This document shows positions 1 through 9,089 of a stretch of 64,000 nt of DNA, one piece after another; the stretch's first letter is position 1, and each line of letters begins with the position of its first letter. The notes beneath the pieces are model-generated. The model saw only the letters and a program-made list of their open reading frames with translations. It was not told the origin of the DNA and made no database searches. Made by a program: the position numbers and the translations under genes. Origin of the DNA: an uncultured Microbacterium sp. (lineage in GTDB: Bacteria > Actinomycetota > Actinomycetes > Actinomycetales > Microbacteriaceae). The stretch spans positions 25,740-89,739 of the forward strand of contig CAZBZR010000006.1 of assembly GCA_964496445.1 (NCBI GenBank), in the 5' to 3' direction.

Positions 1-2
1 CG

Positions 3-968
3 ACCCCCACGCCGACGCCGCCCACGCCCGCCGAGGCGCTGCTGTCCACCACGACCGACCCGCAGGCGTGTGCGGTGAGCTTCGCGGGGGACGGCGTGGA
101 CCTCCCGCCGCAGCTGCAGACGCAGGGCGCCCGCTATGCGGGGCTCCCCCTTCCCCGTCAGGACGGCCGGGTGTTCGCCGGCTGGTACGCCTCGCCCGCG
201 GATGCGGCCGCCCTGGCGATCCCGGCACGCGTCAACGGCGCCGACCTCGTCGCCTGCACGCAGCGGCAGATCACCCTCCACGGCGCGTGGACGACCCCCG
301 AGGCCAACGCGGCGGAGAACGCCGGCATCCCGATCCTGATGTACCACCAGTTCACGACGAAGCCGGAGGGCGAGTCGGGGTGGCTCCGCGGCAACTACGC
401 CTACATCGGCGACTTCGACGCGCAGATGGCCTATATCCAGGAGTCGGGGTTCTACCTGCCGACGTGGGACGAGCTGAGCGCGTTCATCGACGGCGCGCTG
501 TTCCTGCCGAAGCACTCGGTGATCATCACCGACGACGACGCCGACTCCACGTGGCTGGAACTCGCCGCCCCCGTCGTGCACGCCCGGCAGCTGCTGACCA
601 CCTCGTTCGTCATCACTTCCGCGCGCACGGAGCCCACCCCGAACCCGTTCGTGCTCCAGCGCTCGCACACCCACGACATGCACCGGGCGGGCGCGAACGG
701 CCAGGGACGGATGGTGAACGACTCGGCCGAGGCGATCGCCGCAGACCTCGAGCAGTCGGCGCAGATCCTCGGCGCGAAGGAGGTCGTCGCCTACCCGTTC
801 GGGCATCACGACGACCGCTCGAAGCAGGGCGTCGCCCAGGCGGGGTTCGACCTGGCCCGCACGATCGAGCAGGGCTACGTCCGCATCGGCACCGACAAGC
901 TCGCCCTCCCCTGCATCCGGATCAATTACGGCATGGGGGTCGACGCGCTCGTCCGCCTGATCGGCTGA
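3..968 (+). CDS. Polysaccharide deacetylase (CE4-like) with a possible InlB B-repeat-like segment; 5' end lies upstream of the window
   Basis: Frame is open from position 3 (TPTPTPPTPAEA... Pro/Thr linker). Motifs PILMYH, IITDDD, SHTHDMH, AYPFG; LPLPRQDGRVFAGWY resembles a B-repeat. Confidence 0.85.
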   Translation, partial: TPTPTPPTPAEALLSTTTDPQACAVSFAGDGVDLPPQLQTQGARYAGLPLPRQDGRVFAGWYASPADAAALAIPARVNGADLVACTQRQITLHGAWTTPEANAAENAGIPILMYHQFTTKPEGESGWLRGNYAYIGDFDAQMAYIQESGFYLPTWDELSAFIDGALFLPKHSVIITDDDADSTWLELAAPVVHARQLLTTSFVITSARTEPTPNPFVLQRSHTHDMHRAGANGQGRMVNDSAEAIAADLEQSAQILGAKEVVAYPFGHHDDRSKQGVAQAGFDLARTIEQGYVRIGTDKLALPCIRINYGMGVDALVRLIG

Positions 969-1079
969 GCCGGTGAACGGGGTGTGAACTCCCACCGAGC
1001 ACTGTGCCGATCGGCGGGCCGCCCTCAGGGTCGCGACATTAGGCTGAGAGCGCCCAGCCCCTCCGGATCGCGAGCACCC

Positions 1080-2204
1080 ATGGACCTCTCCGTCGTCGTT
1101 CCCACCTTCAACGAAGGCCCGAACGTGCGGGAGCTGCTGCGCCGTCTGCGCGCGACCCTGGCGGACGTGTCCTACGAGGTCGTCTTCGTCGACGACTCCA
1201 CCGACGACACCCCCGACATCATCGCCGCGGCCGCGGCCGACAGCGATGTCCCGGTGCGGATGCTGCACCGGGACGTCGCCGCGGGAGGCCTCGGCGGCGC
1301 GGTCATCGCCGGCATCCGGGCCGCGCGGTCCGACCGCTGCGTGGTCATGGACGGCGACCTGCAGCATCCGCCCGAGGTGGTCCCCGACCTCATCGATCGG
1401 GCAGACCGCGGCGACGTCGACGTGGTCGTCGCCTCGCGCTACATGAGCGGCGGGACCTCCTCCGGGCTCACGACGGCGCTGCGCACCACCGTCTCGCGGC
1501 TGTCGACCCTGCTGACCAAGGCGATGTTCCCGCGCAAGCTGCACGGCTGCTCCGACCCGATGACCGGGTTCTTCCTCCTCGACCGCCGCCGCGTCGACCT
1601 CGAGAGCCTGCGCCCCCGCGGGTTCAAGATCCTGCTGGAGATCCTCGCCCGGCGGCAGCTGCGCCTGGCGGAGGTGCCGTTCGACTTCGCCGAGCGGTAC
1701 GCCGGCCGGTCGAAGGCCTCGTTCACGCAGGGCGTGAGGTTCCTCACGCAGCTGACCATGCTGCGCTTCGGCCGCATGTCGGCGTTCGCCCTCGTCGGCG
1801 GCTTCGGGGCGCTCGCCAACCTCGCGATCATGTGGGCGCTGGTCAGCGCCGGCATGGAGTACGTCGTGGCCGCCGTCATCGCGAGCGTCGTCACGATCAT
1901 CGGCAACTTCCTCCTCCTGGAGTACCTCGTGTTCGCCGACATGCGGGCCGACTCCGGGAGGATGCGCCACCGGTTCCTCAAGTCCTTCGCCTTCAACGGC
2001 CTCGAGGCGCTCATCCGCATCCCGGTGCTCGCCGTGATCGTCGAGTTCACGCACATCCCGAGCGTCGTGGCGGCCGGTCTCACCCTCCTCGCCGCGTTCG
2101 TGGTCCGTTTCGTCTTCCACGCCCTCGTCGTCTACGCCCCGCAGCGGCGCCGCGAGGAGGCCGCCGCGGCGGCGGCGGTGCCGGCCGACGAGCTCGCCGC
2201 CTGA
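1080..2204 (+). CDS. GT2 polyprenol-phosphate mannosyltransferase-like protein fused to a C-terminal GtrA domain
   Basis: VVVPTFNE, VDDSTD, MDGDLQHPPE, SDPMTGFF, GFKILLE, then four hydrophobic helices (FALVGGFGALANL...). ATG at 1080. Confidence 0.9.
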   Translation: MDLSVVVPTFNEGPNVRELLRRLRATLADVSYEVVFVDDSTDDTPDIIAAAAADSDVPVRMLHRDVAAGGLGGAVIAGIRAARSDRCVVMDGDLQHPPEVVPDLIDRADRGDVDVVVASRYMSGGTSSGLTTALRTTVSRLSTLLTKAMFPRKLHGCSDPMTGFFLLDRRRVDLESLRPRGFKILLEILARRQLRLAEVPFDFAERYAGRSKASFTQGVRFLTQLTMLRFGRMSAFALVGGFGALANLAIMWALVSAGMEYVVAAVIASVVTIIGNFLLLEYLVFADMRADSGRMRHRFLKSFAFNGLEALIRIPVLAVIVEFTHIPSVVAAGLTLLAAFVVRFVFHALVVYAPQRRREEAAAAAAVPADELAA

Positions 2205-2242
2205 GCGGCCTTCCGTCCGCGCGGCAGCCGTAGGCTGGAGGG

Positions 2243-2494
2243 ATGACCGCTCCCGTGAAGATGTTCGGCGCCGACTGGTGCCGCGACTGCCGCCGCACCA
2301 AGGCCCAGCTGGACGAGCTCGGCGTCGCCTACGACTACGTCGACCTGGAGGCCGACCCGGCCGCCGCCGACGTCGCCCGCGAGATCTCCGGCCGCACGAA
2401 CATCCCCGTGGTCGTCTACCCCGACTCGTCCCACCACGTCGAGCCCTCCAACGCCGACGTCGAGGGCAAGCTGCGCGAGCTCTCGCTCATCTGA
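2243..2494 (+). CDS. Glutaredoxin-like protein (mycoredoxin/NrdH-like)
   Basis: WCRDC CxxC motif, NIPVV cis-Pro motif, 83 aa. Confidence 0.9.
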   Translation: MTAPVKMFGADWCRDCRRTKAQLDELGVAYDYVDLEADPAAADVAREISGRTNIPVVVYPDSSHHVEPSNADVEGKLRELSLI

Positions 2495-2498
2495 GGCC

Positions 2499-3743
2499 GT
2501 GGTGAGCGTCTCCGACGGCTTCGACGATGAGGCCGCGGAGCGGGACGCCGCCGACCCGCTCGCGCCGGCGCGCGCCGCGTTCGTCGGTGCGGAGCGGCCG
2601 CTGGTCTACTTCGACGGCAACTCGCTCGGGCGTCCGCTGCGCGTCACCGCCGAGCGGCTGGCCGCGTTCGTCGCCGGCGAGTGGGGCGATCGCCTCATCC
2701 GCGGCTGGGACGAGCGCTGGATGCGGCTGCCGTTCGAGATCGGCGACCGCCTCGGCGCCGTGGCATTGGGCGCGGCGCCGGGACAGACCGTCGTCGCTGA
2801 CGCGACGACGGTGCTGCTGTACAAGCTCGTCCGCGCGGCCTTCGACGCGCAGATCGCCGCCGACCCCCGGCGCGTGGAGATCGTGGTCGATCGCGACAAC
2901 TTCCCCACCGACCGCTACATCGTCGAGGGGATCGCCGCCGAACGCGGCGGCCGCGTGCGGTGGATCGAGGTCGACCCCGCCGGCGGGGTCGACGAGGCGG
3001 CGCTGTCGGCGGTGCTGGGCCCCGCGACGGCGGTCGTCGTGCTCAGCCACGTCGCTTACCGGTCGGGCTACCTCGCCGATGCCGCGGCGCTCACGGCGCG
3101 CAGCCACGAGGCCGGCGCGCTCGTCGTGTGGGACCTCTGCCACTCCGCCGGGGTCGTGCCGGTGCAGCTGGACGCGTGGGAGGTCGACCTCGCGGTCGGC
3201 TGCACCTACAAGTACCTCAACGCCGGCCCGGGATCGCCCGCGTTCGCGTACGTCGCCGCGCGGCACCAGGGGCGGCTGCGATCGCCGGTGCCGGGCTGGA
3301 TGGGCGCCGCCGACGTCTTCGCGATGGGGCCGGAGTACCGGCCGGCCGACGGCATCGCGCGATTCGTCTCCGGCACGCCGCCGATTCTGGGGATGCTGCC
3401 GCTGCCCGACATGCTCGACACCATCGAGCGGGCCGGCATCGCCCGCATCCGGGCGAAGTCGGTGGCGCTGACCGAGTTCGCGGTGCGCGTCGCCGACGCG
3501 CTCCTCGGCCCCCGCGGCGTGCGCGTGGCCTCACCGCGTGATCCGGCACGGCGCGGCGGTCACGTGACGCTGTCGCATCCGGCGATGCGGCGGGTCGTGG
3601 CGCGGCTGTGGCGCGAAGACGTCCTACCCGACTACCGCGACCCGGGGGGCCTGCGCATCGGCCTGTCGCCGCTGTCCACCGGGTTCGGCGAGACGCTCAC
3701 GGGCCTGCGCGCGGTCTCGGCCGCGCTGAGCGCCGAGTCCTAA
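2499..3743 (+). CDS. kynU: Kynureninase (PLP-dependent)
   Basis: YFDGNSLG, DNFPTDRY, WDLCHSAG, GCTYKYLNAGPG, RRGGHV. Confidence 0.88.
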   Translation: MVSVSDGFDDEAAERDAADPLAPARAAFVGAERPLVYFDGNSLGRPLRVTAERLAAFVAGEWGDRLIRGWDERWMRLPFEIGDRLGAVALGAAPGQTVVADATTVLLYKLVRAAFDAQIAADPRRVEIVVDRDNFPTDRYIVEGIAAERGGRVRWIEVDPAGGVDEAALSAVLGPATAVVVLSHVAYRSGYLADAAALTARSHEAGALVVWDLCHSAGVVPVQLDAWEVDLAVGCTYKYLNAGPGSPAFAYVAARHQGRLRSPVPGWMGAADVFAMGPEYRPADGIARFVSGTPPILGMLPLPDMLDTIERAGIARIRAKSVALTEFAVRVADALLGPRGVRVASPRDPARRGGHVTLSHPAMRRVVARLWREDVLPDYRDPGGLRIGLSPLSTGFGETLTGLRAVSAALSAES

Positions 3744-3771
3744 GCTGGAGCCCCGCCCGAAGGAGAGCGCC

Positions 3772-5508
3772 ATGACGACCGACGTGCCCGCACCGGCCCT
3801 CGCCGACGCCGAGCGCGCGGCGATCGACGCCGCCGTGGCAGAGCTGCGCACCGGCTCGCGGGTGTGGTCGACGCTGACGCTCGACCAGCGCGCGCGGCTC
3901 CTCGAGCGTCTCGCCGAGACGATCGGCGCCGTCGCGCCGGAGTGGGCACGGGTGGCCGCCGCCTCGAAGGACCTCGCGGCGGACTCGCCCCTCGCGGGAG
4001 AGGAATGGCTCACCGGCCCCTGGGCGAGCATGTCGGCCCTCGCCGCCGCCCGCGACACGCTCCGGCGCCTCGCCGACGGCGGAAGCCCGCTCGACGGCGT
4101 GAAGATCGACGAGGCGCCCGGCGGGCGTCTCCGCGCCCACGTCTTCCCCGCCGCCGCGCTCGACCGCCTCATCCTGTCGGGCTTCACCGGCGAGGTCTGG
4201 CTGCGCCCCGGGGTGTCCCGGAGCGAGGCGATCGCCGCGGCGGGTCTCGCCCAGCGCACGCCGACGGCATCGGGCGGCGTCGGACTCGTGCTCGGCGCCG
4301 GCAACATCACCTCGATCCCGGTGCTGGACGTCCTCTACGAGCTGCTCGCGTCCAATCGCGTCTCGCTGCTGAAGGTCAACCCCACACAGGACGACCTCGT
4401 GCCCGTGCTCGAACGGGCCCTGGCGCCCCTTCTCGAGCCGGGGTTCCTGCGGATCGTGCGCGGCGGCGGTGACGTCGGGGCCTATCTGACGCAGCATCCG
4501 GCGTTCTCGCACGTGCACATCACCGGCTCGGCGGCCACGTTCGACGCGATCGTCTGGGGCACCGGTGCGGATGCGGAGCGCCGGCGCGCGGACGACGAGC
4601 CTGCGCTGCGCGTGCCCATCACCGCGGAGCTCGGCGGCGTCGCCCCCGTCATCGTCGTCCCGGGCGCCTGGACCGACGCCGACCTGCGCTTCCAGGCGGA
4701 GCACATCGCCACCATGCGGCTGCAGAACAGCGGACACAACTGCATCGCCGGGCAGGTCGTCATCCTCAGCGCCGACTGGCCGCAGCGCGGCGCGTTCCTG
4801 GCGGCGCTGCGCACCGCGTATGCCGCCGCTCCCGCACGCCCGGTGTGGTACCCGCGATCAGACGATGCCCTGGCGGCCGCGCGGGCGGCGTACCCGGCGG
4901 CCGCGTGGCTCGGCGACGACGGCACCCGCGCGCTGGTGGAGGTCGACCGCGACGCCGCCGCCGACGCCGTCGAGACCCGCGAATACTTCGCGCCCGTGCT
5001 GGGGGTGCTCACCCTTCCCGGGACCGGTCAGGCCTTCCTCGACGCCGCCGTCGCCCACGCCAACGAGCGCCTGACCGGTTCGCTCGGCGCCAACGTGCTC
5101 ATCGATCCGGATGCGGAGGCGGCACTCGGCGACGGCTTCGAGAGGGCGATCGCCCATCTCCGCTACGGCGGCATCGCCATCAACGCGTGGACGGGCGTGG
5201 CCTTCACGGTGCCGACCCTGACGTGGGGCGCCTTCCCCGGCGGCACCCTGCAGGACGTCGGCAGCGGCATCGGCGTGGTGCACAACGCCCGGCTCATCGA
5301 CGGCGTCGAGCGCTCCGTGCTGCGCGGCCCCTTCCGGCCCTTCCCCCGCGGCGCGGGCCGACGCGGGCGCTTCACGGTGCTGCCGAAGCCGCCGTGGTTC
5401 GTCACGGCGCGCACCGGTGCCGCGGTCAGCGAGGGGCTCACCCGCTTCCAGATCGACCGCAATCTCGCCCGCCTCGCGGTGACGCTCGCGAAGTCGTTCG
5501 GCGCGTGA
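3772..5508 (+). CDS. Aldehyde dehydrogenase family protein
   Basis: LGAGN, HITGS, AELGG, NSGHNC (catalytic Cys), EYFAPVL. SD AAGGAG upstream. Confidence 0.88.
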   Translation: MTTDVPAPALADAERAAIDAAVAELRTGSRVWSTLTLDQRARLLERLAETIGAVAPEWARVAAASKDLAADSPLAGEEWLTGPWASMSALAAARDTLRRLADGGSPLDGVKIDEAPGGRLRAHVFPAAALDRLILSGFTGEVWLRPGVSRSEAIAAAGLAQRTPTASGGVGLVLGAGNITSIPVLDVLYELLASNRVSLLKVNPTQDDLVPVLERALAPLLEPGFLRIVRGGGDVGAYLTQHPAFSHVHITGSAATFDAIVWGTGADAERRRADDEPALRVPITAELGGVAPVIVVPGAWTDADLRFQAEHIATMRLQNSGHNCIAGQVVILSADWPQRGAFLAALRTAYAAAPARPVWYPRSDDALAAARAAYPAAAWLGDDGTRALVEVDRDAAADAVETREYFAPVLGVLTLPGTGQAFLDAAVAHANERLTGSLGANVLIDPDAEAALGDGFERAIAHLRYGGIAINAWTGVAFTVPTLTWGAFPGGTLQDVGSGIGVVHNARLIDGVERSVLRGPFRPFPRGAGRRGRFTVLPKPPWFVTARTGAAVSEGLTRFQIDRNLARLAVTLAKSFGA

Positions 5509-7133
5509 GCCGCGCCCTCGTCGCCGACTACGTCGTGGTCGGGGCAGGATCGGCGGGCGCGGCGCTGGCCGCGCGGATGAGCGAGGATCCGGGGGTCTCC
5601 GTGCTCCTGCTGGAGGCCGGCGGCCCCGACCGCGCGCTCGCGCTGCACGTGCCGGCGGCGTTCTCGACGCTGTTCCGCGGACCCTACGACTGGGGCTACG
5701 ACACGGTGCCGCAGCCCGAGCTGGAGGGGCGCACGGTCTACTGGCCGCGCGGGCGGACGCTGGGCGGGTCGTCGTCGCTGAACGCGATGATGTGGGTGCG
5801 CGGTTTCGCCGCCGACTACGACGAATGGGCGGACAGCGCCGGCGAGCGGTGGTCGTGGGACGCGCTGGTGCCCTACTTCCGGCGCGTGGAGCGGACGCAG
5901 GACGCCGCCCACCCCACGCAGGGCACCACGGGCGCCCAGTCCGTCGAGCGCCAGCGCGACCCGCGCCCCCACACCGCCGCCTTCCTGGCCGCCGCCCGCG
6001 AGCTCGGCCATCCGGTGACGGCGGCGAACCTCCCCACCGGTCAGGGGTTCTCGCAGACGATGGTGACGCAGCACCGCGGCGCCCGCGCGTCCACGGCCGA
6101 CGCGTATCTGCGGCCCGCACGCCGCCGGCGGAACCTCCGCGTGCTCACCTCGGCCTTCGTCCGGCGGATCACGTTCGCCGAGGGCCGCGCCGGCGAAGCG
6201 CCGCGGGCGAGCGGCGTGGACGTGGAGCTCGCCGGGCACCGCACGCGCGTGCTCGCTCGGCGCGAGGTCGTCCTCTGCGGCGGCGCCATCAACACGCCGC
6301 AGCTGCTGCTGCTCTCCGGCATCGGGCCCGCCGATGCCCTCGCCGAGGCGGGCGTCCGGATGCGCGTGGAGAGTCCGGGCGTGGGCGAGAACCTCCAGGA
6401 CCATCTCGTCGCCGGCCTCGCCCCGGCCGCCCACGGCGGGACGCTGTTCGGCGCGGAGACCTCGGCGCAGCTGGCGCGCTACCTCTCGGCGCGCCGGGGG
6501 ATGCTCTCCTCCAACGTCGCGGAGGCCTACGGGTTCATCCGCACGCCGTTGGCGGATGCGGCGGGGGTGCCCGCCGGCCTCCCCGACATCGAGATCATCT
6601 TCGCGGCCGCGCCGTACGTCGGGGAGGGTCTCGTCCCGCTGCCCGCGGAAGGACTCACGGTCGGGGCGATTTTGCTGCGGCCGCGCAGCCGCGGCACCAT
6701 CCGCCTCGCCTCCAGCGATCCGCGCCGGCATCCGCTCATCGACCCCGCCTACCTGCGCGACCCGCTCGACGCTGAGACCCTCCGGGCGGGACTGGCGGAG
6801 TGCGAGCGCCTTCTCGCGACCGAGGCCCTCGGGGCCGTCACGACCGGCGGATGGATCCAGCCCGAGGGCGGCGAGCGCCTGAGCGCCGCCGAGCGCGGGG
6901 AGGTGTCGCTGCGGCGGTACTCCCACACGCTCTACCACCCCGTCGGCACCGCGCGGATGGGCACCGACGACGCCTCGGTCGTGGACGCCGAGCTCCGCGT
7001 CCGCGGCGTGCGGGGGCTCCGGGTGGCCGATGCCTCGGTGATGCCCACGGTCATCCGCGGCCACACCAACGCGCCCGCGATCGTCGTGGGAGAGGTCGCC
7101 GCCGATCTCCTCCGCGCCTCGGCGCGCCGCTGA
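5505..7133 (+). CDS. GMC family FAD oxidoreductase (choline dehydrogenase-like)
   Basis: VVGAGSAG, PRGRTLGGSSSLNAM, GENLQDH, YHPVGTARMG, GHTNAP. GTG start overlaps the ALDH stop (GTGA). Confidence 0.9.
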   Translation: MSRALVADYVVVGAGSAGAALAARMSEDPGVSVLLLEAGGPDRALALHVPAAFSTLFRGPYDWGYDTVPQPELEGRTVYWPRGRTLGGSSSLNAMMWVRGFAADYDEWADSAGERWSWDALVPYFRRVERTQDAAHPTQGTTGAQSVERQRDPRPHTAAFLAAARELGHPVTAANLPTGQGFSQTMVTQHRGARASTADAYLRPARRRRNLRVLTSAFVRRITFAEGRAGEAPRASGVDVELAGHRTRVLARREVVLCGGAINTPQLLLLSGIGPADALAEAGVRMRVESPGVGENLQDHLVAGLAPAAHGGTLFGAETSAQLARYLSARRGMLSSNVAEAYGFIRTPLADAAGVPAGLPDIEIIFAAAPYVGEGLVPLPAEGLTVGAILLRPRSRGTIRLASSDPRRHPLIDPAYLRDPLDAETLRAGLAECERLLATEALGAVTTGGWIQPEGGERLSAAERGEVSLRRYSHTLYHPVGTARMGTDDASVVDAELRVRGVRGLRVADASVMPTVIRGHTNAPAIVVGEVAADLLRASARR

Positions 7134-7142
7134 GCGGCCGGC

Positions 7143-8120
7143 TCAGCCGCCGAACCGGTCGGCTGCCGCGCGGAGGGCCCGCGCGATCCCCGGTTCGGTC
7201 GCGGAGTGCCCGGCGTCGGGGACGACCACGAACTCCGCCTCGGGAAGCGCGCGGTGCAGATCCCACGCCGTCATGATCGGGGTGCAGACGTCGTAACGCC
7301 CCTGCACGATCACCGTCGGGATGCCCCGCAGCCGCGGCGCCTCCTCGATCAGCTGCCCCTCCCGGAGCCAGCCGCCGTGGACGAAGTAGTGGTTCTCGAT
7401 GCGGGCGAAGGCGACGGCATGCGCGGGCTCGCTCATCTCGGCGAGCAGCTGCGCGTCGGGCTCGAGCGTGATGGTCCCCGCCTCCCAGCGGGTCCAGGCC
7501 CGCGCCGCCGGGCCGTGGACTGCCGGATCGGGGTCGTTCAAGCGCCGGTGATACGCCTCGATGAGGCGGGAGCGCTCCAGCACCGGGATGGGGGCCAGGT
7601 ACTCCTCCCACAGGTCGGGGAACAGCGCCGAGGCGCCGCCCTCGTAGAACCACTCGAGCTCATGGCGGCGCAGCGTGAAGATCCCGCGCAGGACGAGCTC
7701 GCTCACGACGGTGGGGTGGGCCTGCGCGTAGGCGAGGGCGAGGGTGCTCCCCCACGATCCGCCGAAGACCTGCCACCGCGCGATGCCCAGGTTCTTGCGC
7801 AGCAGCTCCAGGTCGGCGACGAGGTGCCACGTGGTGTTGTGGCGGAGGTCGGCGGCCGGGTCGCTCGCGTGCGGCGTGGAGCGGCCGCATCCGCGCTGGT
7901 CCATGAGGATGATGCGATACACGGCGGGGTCGAAGAAGCGGCGCTGCCACGGGCTCGTTCCACCGCCGGGTCCGCCGTGGAGGTAGATCACGGGCTTGCC
8001 CGCGGGGTTGCCACTCTGCTCGTAGGAGAGGCGCTGGCCGTCTCCGGCGAACAGGACCCCGGTGTCGTACGGCTCGATCGGCGGGTAGAGGATGCCGTCG
8101 AGCCGCTCGATCCCGCTCAC
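7143..8120 (-). CDS. pip: Proline iminopeptidase (S33)
   Basis: LYPPIEPY, HGGPGGG, DQRGCGRSTP, FGGSWGS, GRYD, AGHS. GTG overlaps the upstream stop. Confidence 0.95.
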   Translation of the reverse strand: MSGIERLDGILYPPIEPYDTGVLFAGDGQRLSYEQSGNPAGKPVIYLHGGPGGGTSPWQRRFFDPAVYRIILMDQRGCGRSTPHASDPAADLRHNTTWHLVADLELLRKNLGIARWQVFGGSWGSTLALAYAQAHPTVVSELVLRGIFTLRRHELEWFYEGGASALFPDLWEEYLAPIPVLERSRLIEAYHRRLNDPDPAVHGPAARAWTRWEAGTITLEPDAQLLAEMSEPAHAVAFARIENHYFVHGGWLREGQLIEEAPRLRGIPTVIVQGRYDVCTPIMTAWDLHRALPEAEFVVVPDAGHSATEPGIARALRAAADRFGG

Positions 8121-8989
8121 AGCGCCGCGCCGTCGACCGCGAACGTGTCGCACGCCCCCGGCCCGCTGTCGTAGCCCGCGTCGAACCACCGCTGGCGCTG
8201 CTCGCTGGAGCCGTGGGTCCAGGTGTCGGGGTTGACCACGCCGCCGGACTCCTGCTGGATGTGGTCGTCGCCGACGCTCGCCGCGGCATCCAGGGCGTCC
8301 CGGATCTGCTCCGGCGTGGTCGCCTGCAGGTAGGGGGTGCCGGTCTCGTCGTCGGCCTGCGTCATGCCCCGCACCCATGCCCCGGCGTAGCAGTCGGCCT
8401 GCAGCTCGGTGCGGACGCTGTTGCTGTCGGGGCCGGAGCCGTTGGCGGGATAGGCCTCGAAGATGCCGGTGATGTACTGCACATGGTGACCGTACTCGTG
8501 GGCGAGCACGTACAGCTGCGCGAGCTCGCCGGCGGAGGCGTCGAAGCGCTCGCGCAGGAGGGCGAAGAACGTCGGGTCGACGTAGACCGTCTCCTCAGGC
8601 GGGCAGTAGAAGGGGCCGGTCGCGTTGGAGGCGGTGCCGCACGCCGAGGGGGTGGATCCGTCCACGATGACCAGCTGCGGTGCGCGGTAGCCCTCGACCT
8701 CGCCCGCCCAGAACTCGTCGAGGGCGAGGGAACCGGCCGCGAGGCGGCAATCGTCGTTCTCGTTCGCGTCCTGCCCGGTCTGGCAGTCGGCGATCGCCGT
8801 GCCCTCGTCCTGCGGCTGCTGCCCGCCGCCGCCACCGAGCAGTCCGGAGAAGTCGCCGCCGGTGAACAGGTTCAGCAGCAGCACCACGATCACGCCGACT
8901 CCGGCTACGCCGCCACCCGCGATGGCGGCGCCGCGGCCACGTCGGCGCGCGCGGTTGCCGCCCACGCGGGCATCGTCGTTGAAGGTCAC
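8117..8989 (-). CDS. Putative neutral zinc metallopeptidase (YpfJ-like)
   Basis: N-terminal TM, GPFYCP, HEYGHH, ELQADCYAG, VGDD, THGSSEQR. Confidence 0.92.
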   Translation of the reverse strand: MTFNDDARVGGNRARRRGRGAAIAGGGVAGVGVIVVLLLNLFTGGDFSGLLGGGGGQQPQDEGTAIADCQTGQDANENDDCRLAAGSLALDEFWAGEVEGYRAPQLVIVDGSTPSACGTASNATGPFYCPPEETVYVDPTFFALLRERFDASAGELAQLYVLAHEYGHHVQYITGIFEAYPANGSGPDSNSVRTELQADCYAGAWVRGMTQADDETGTPYLQATTPEQIRDALDAAASVGDDHIQQESGGVVNPDTWTHGSSEQRQRWFDAGYDSGPGACDTFAVDGAAL

Positions 8990-9089
8990 CCCCTCACGGT
9001 ATCCGCCGGGTGCGCGCCATCCGAGGGCTTGCCCTCGCGCCGTGTCGTGCTCCATCATGGCGGCGGGCTCCCGCCGCTACCCTACGAAG

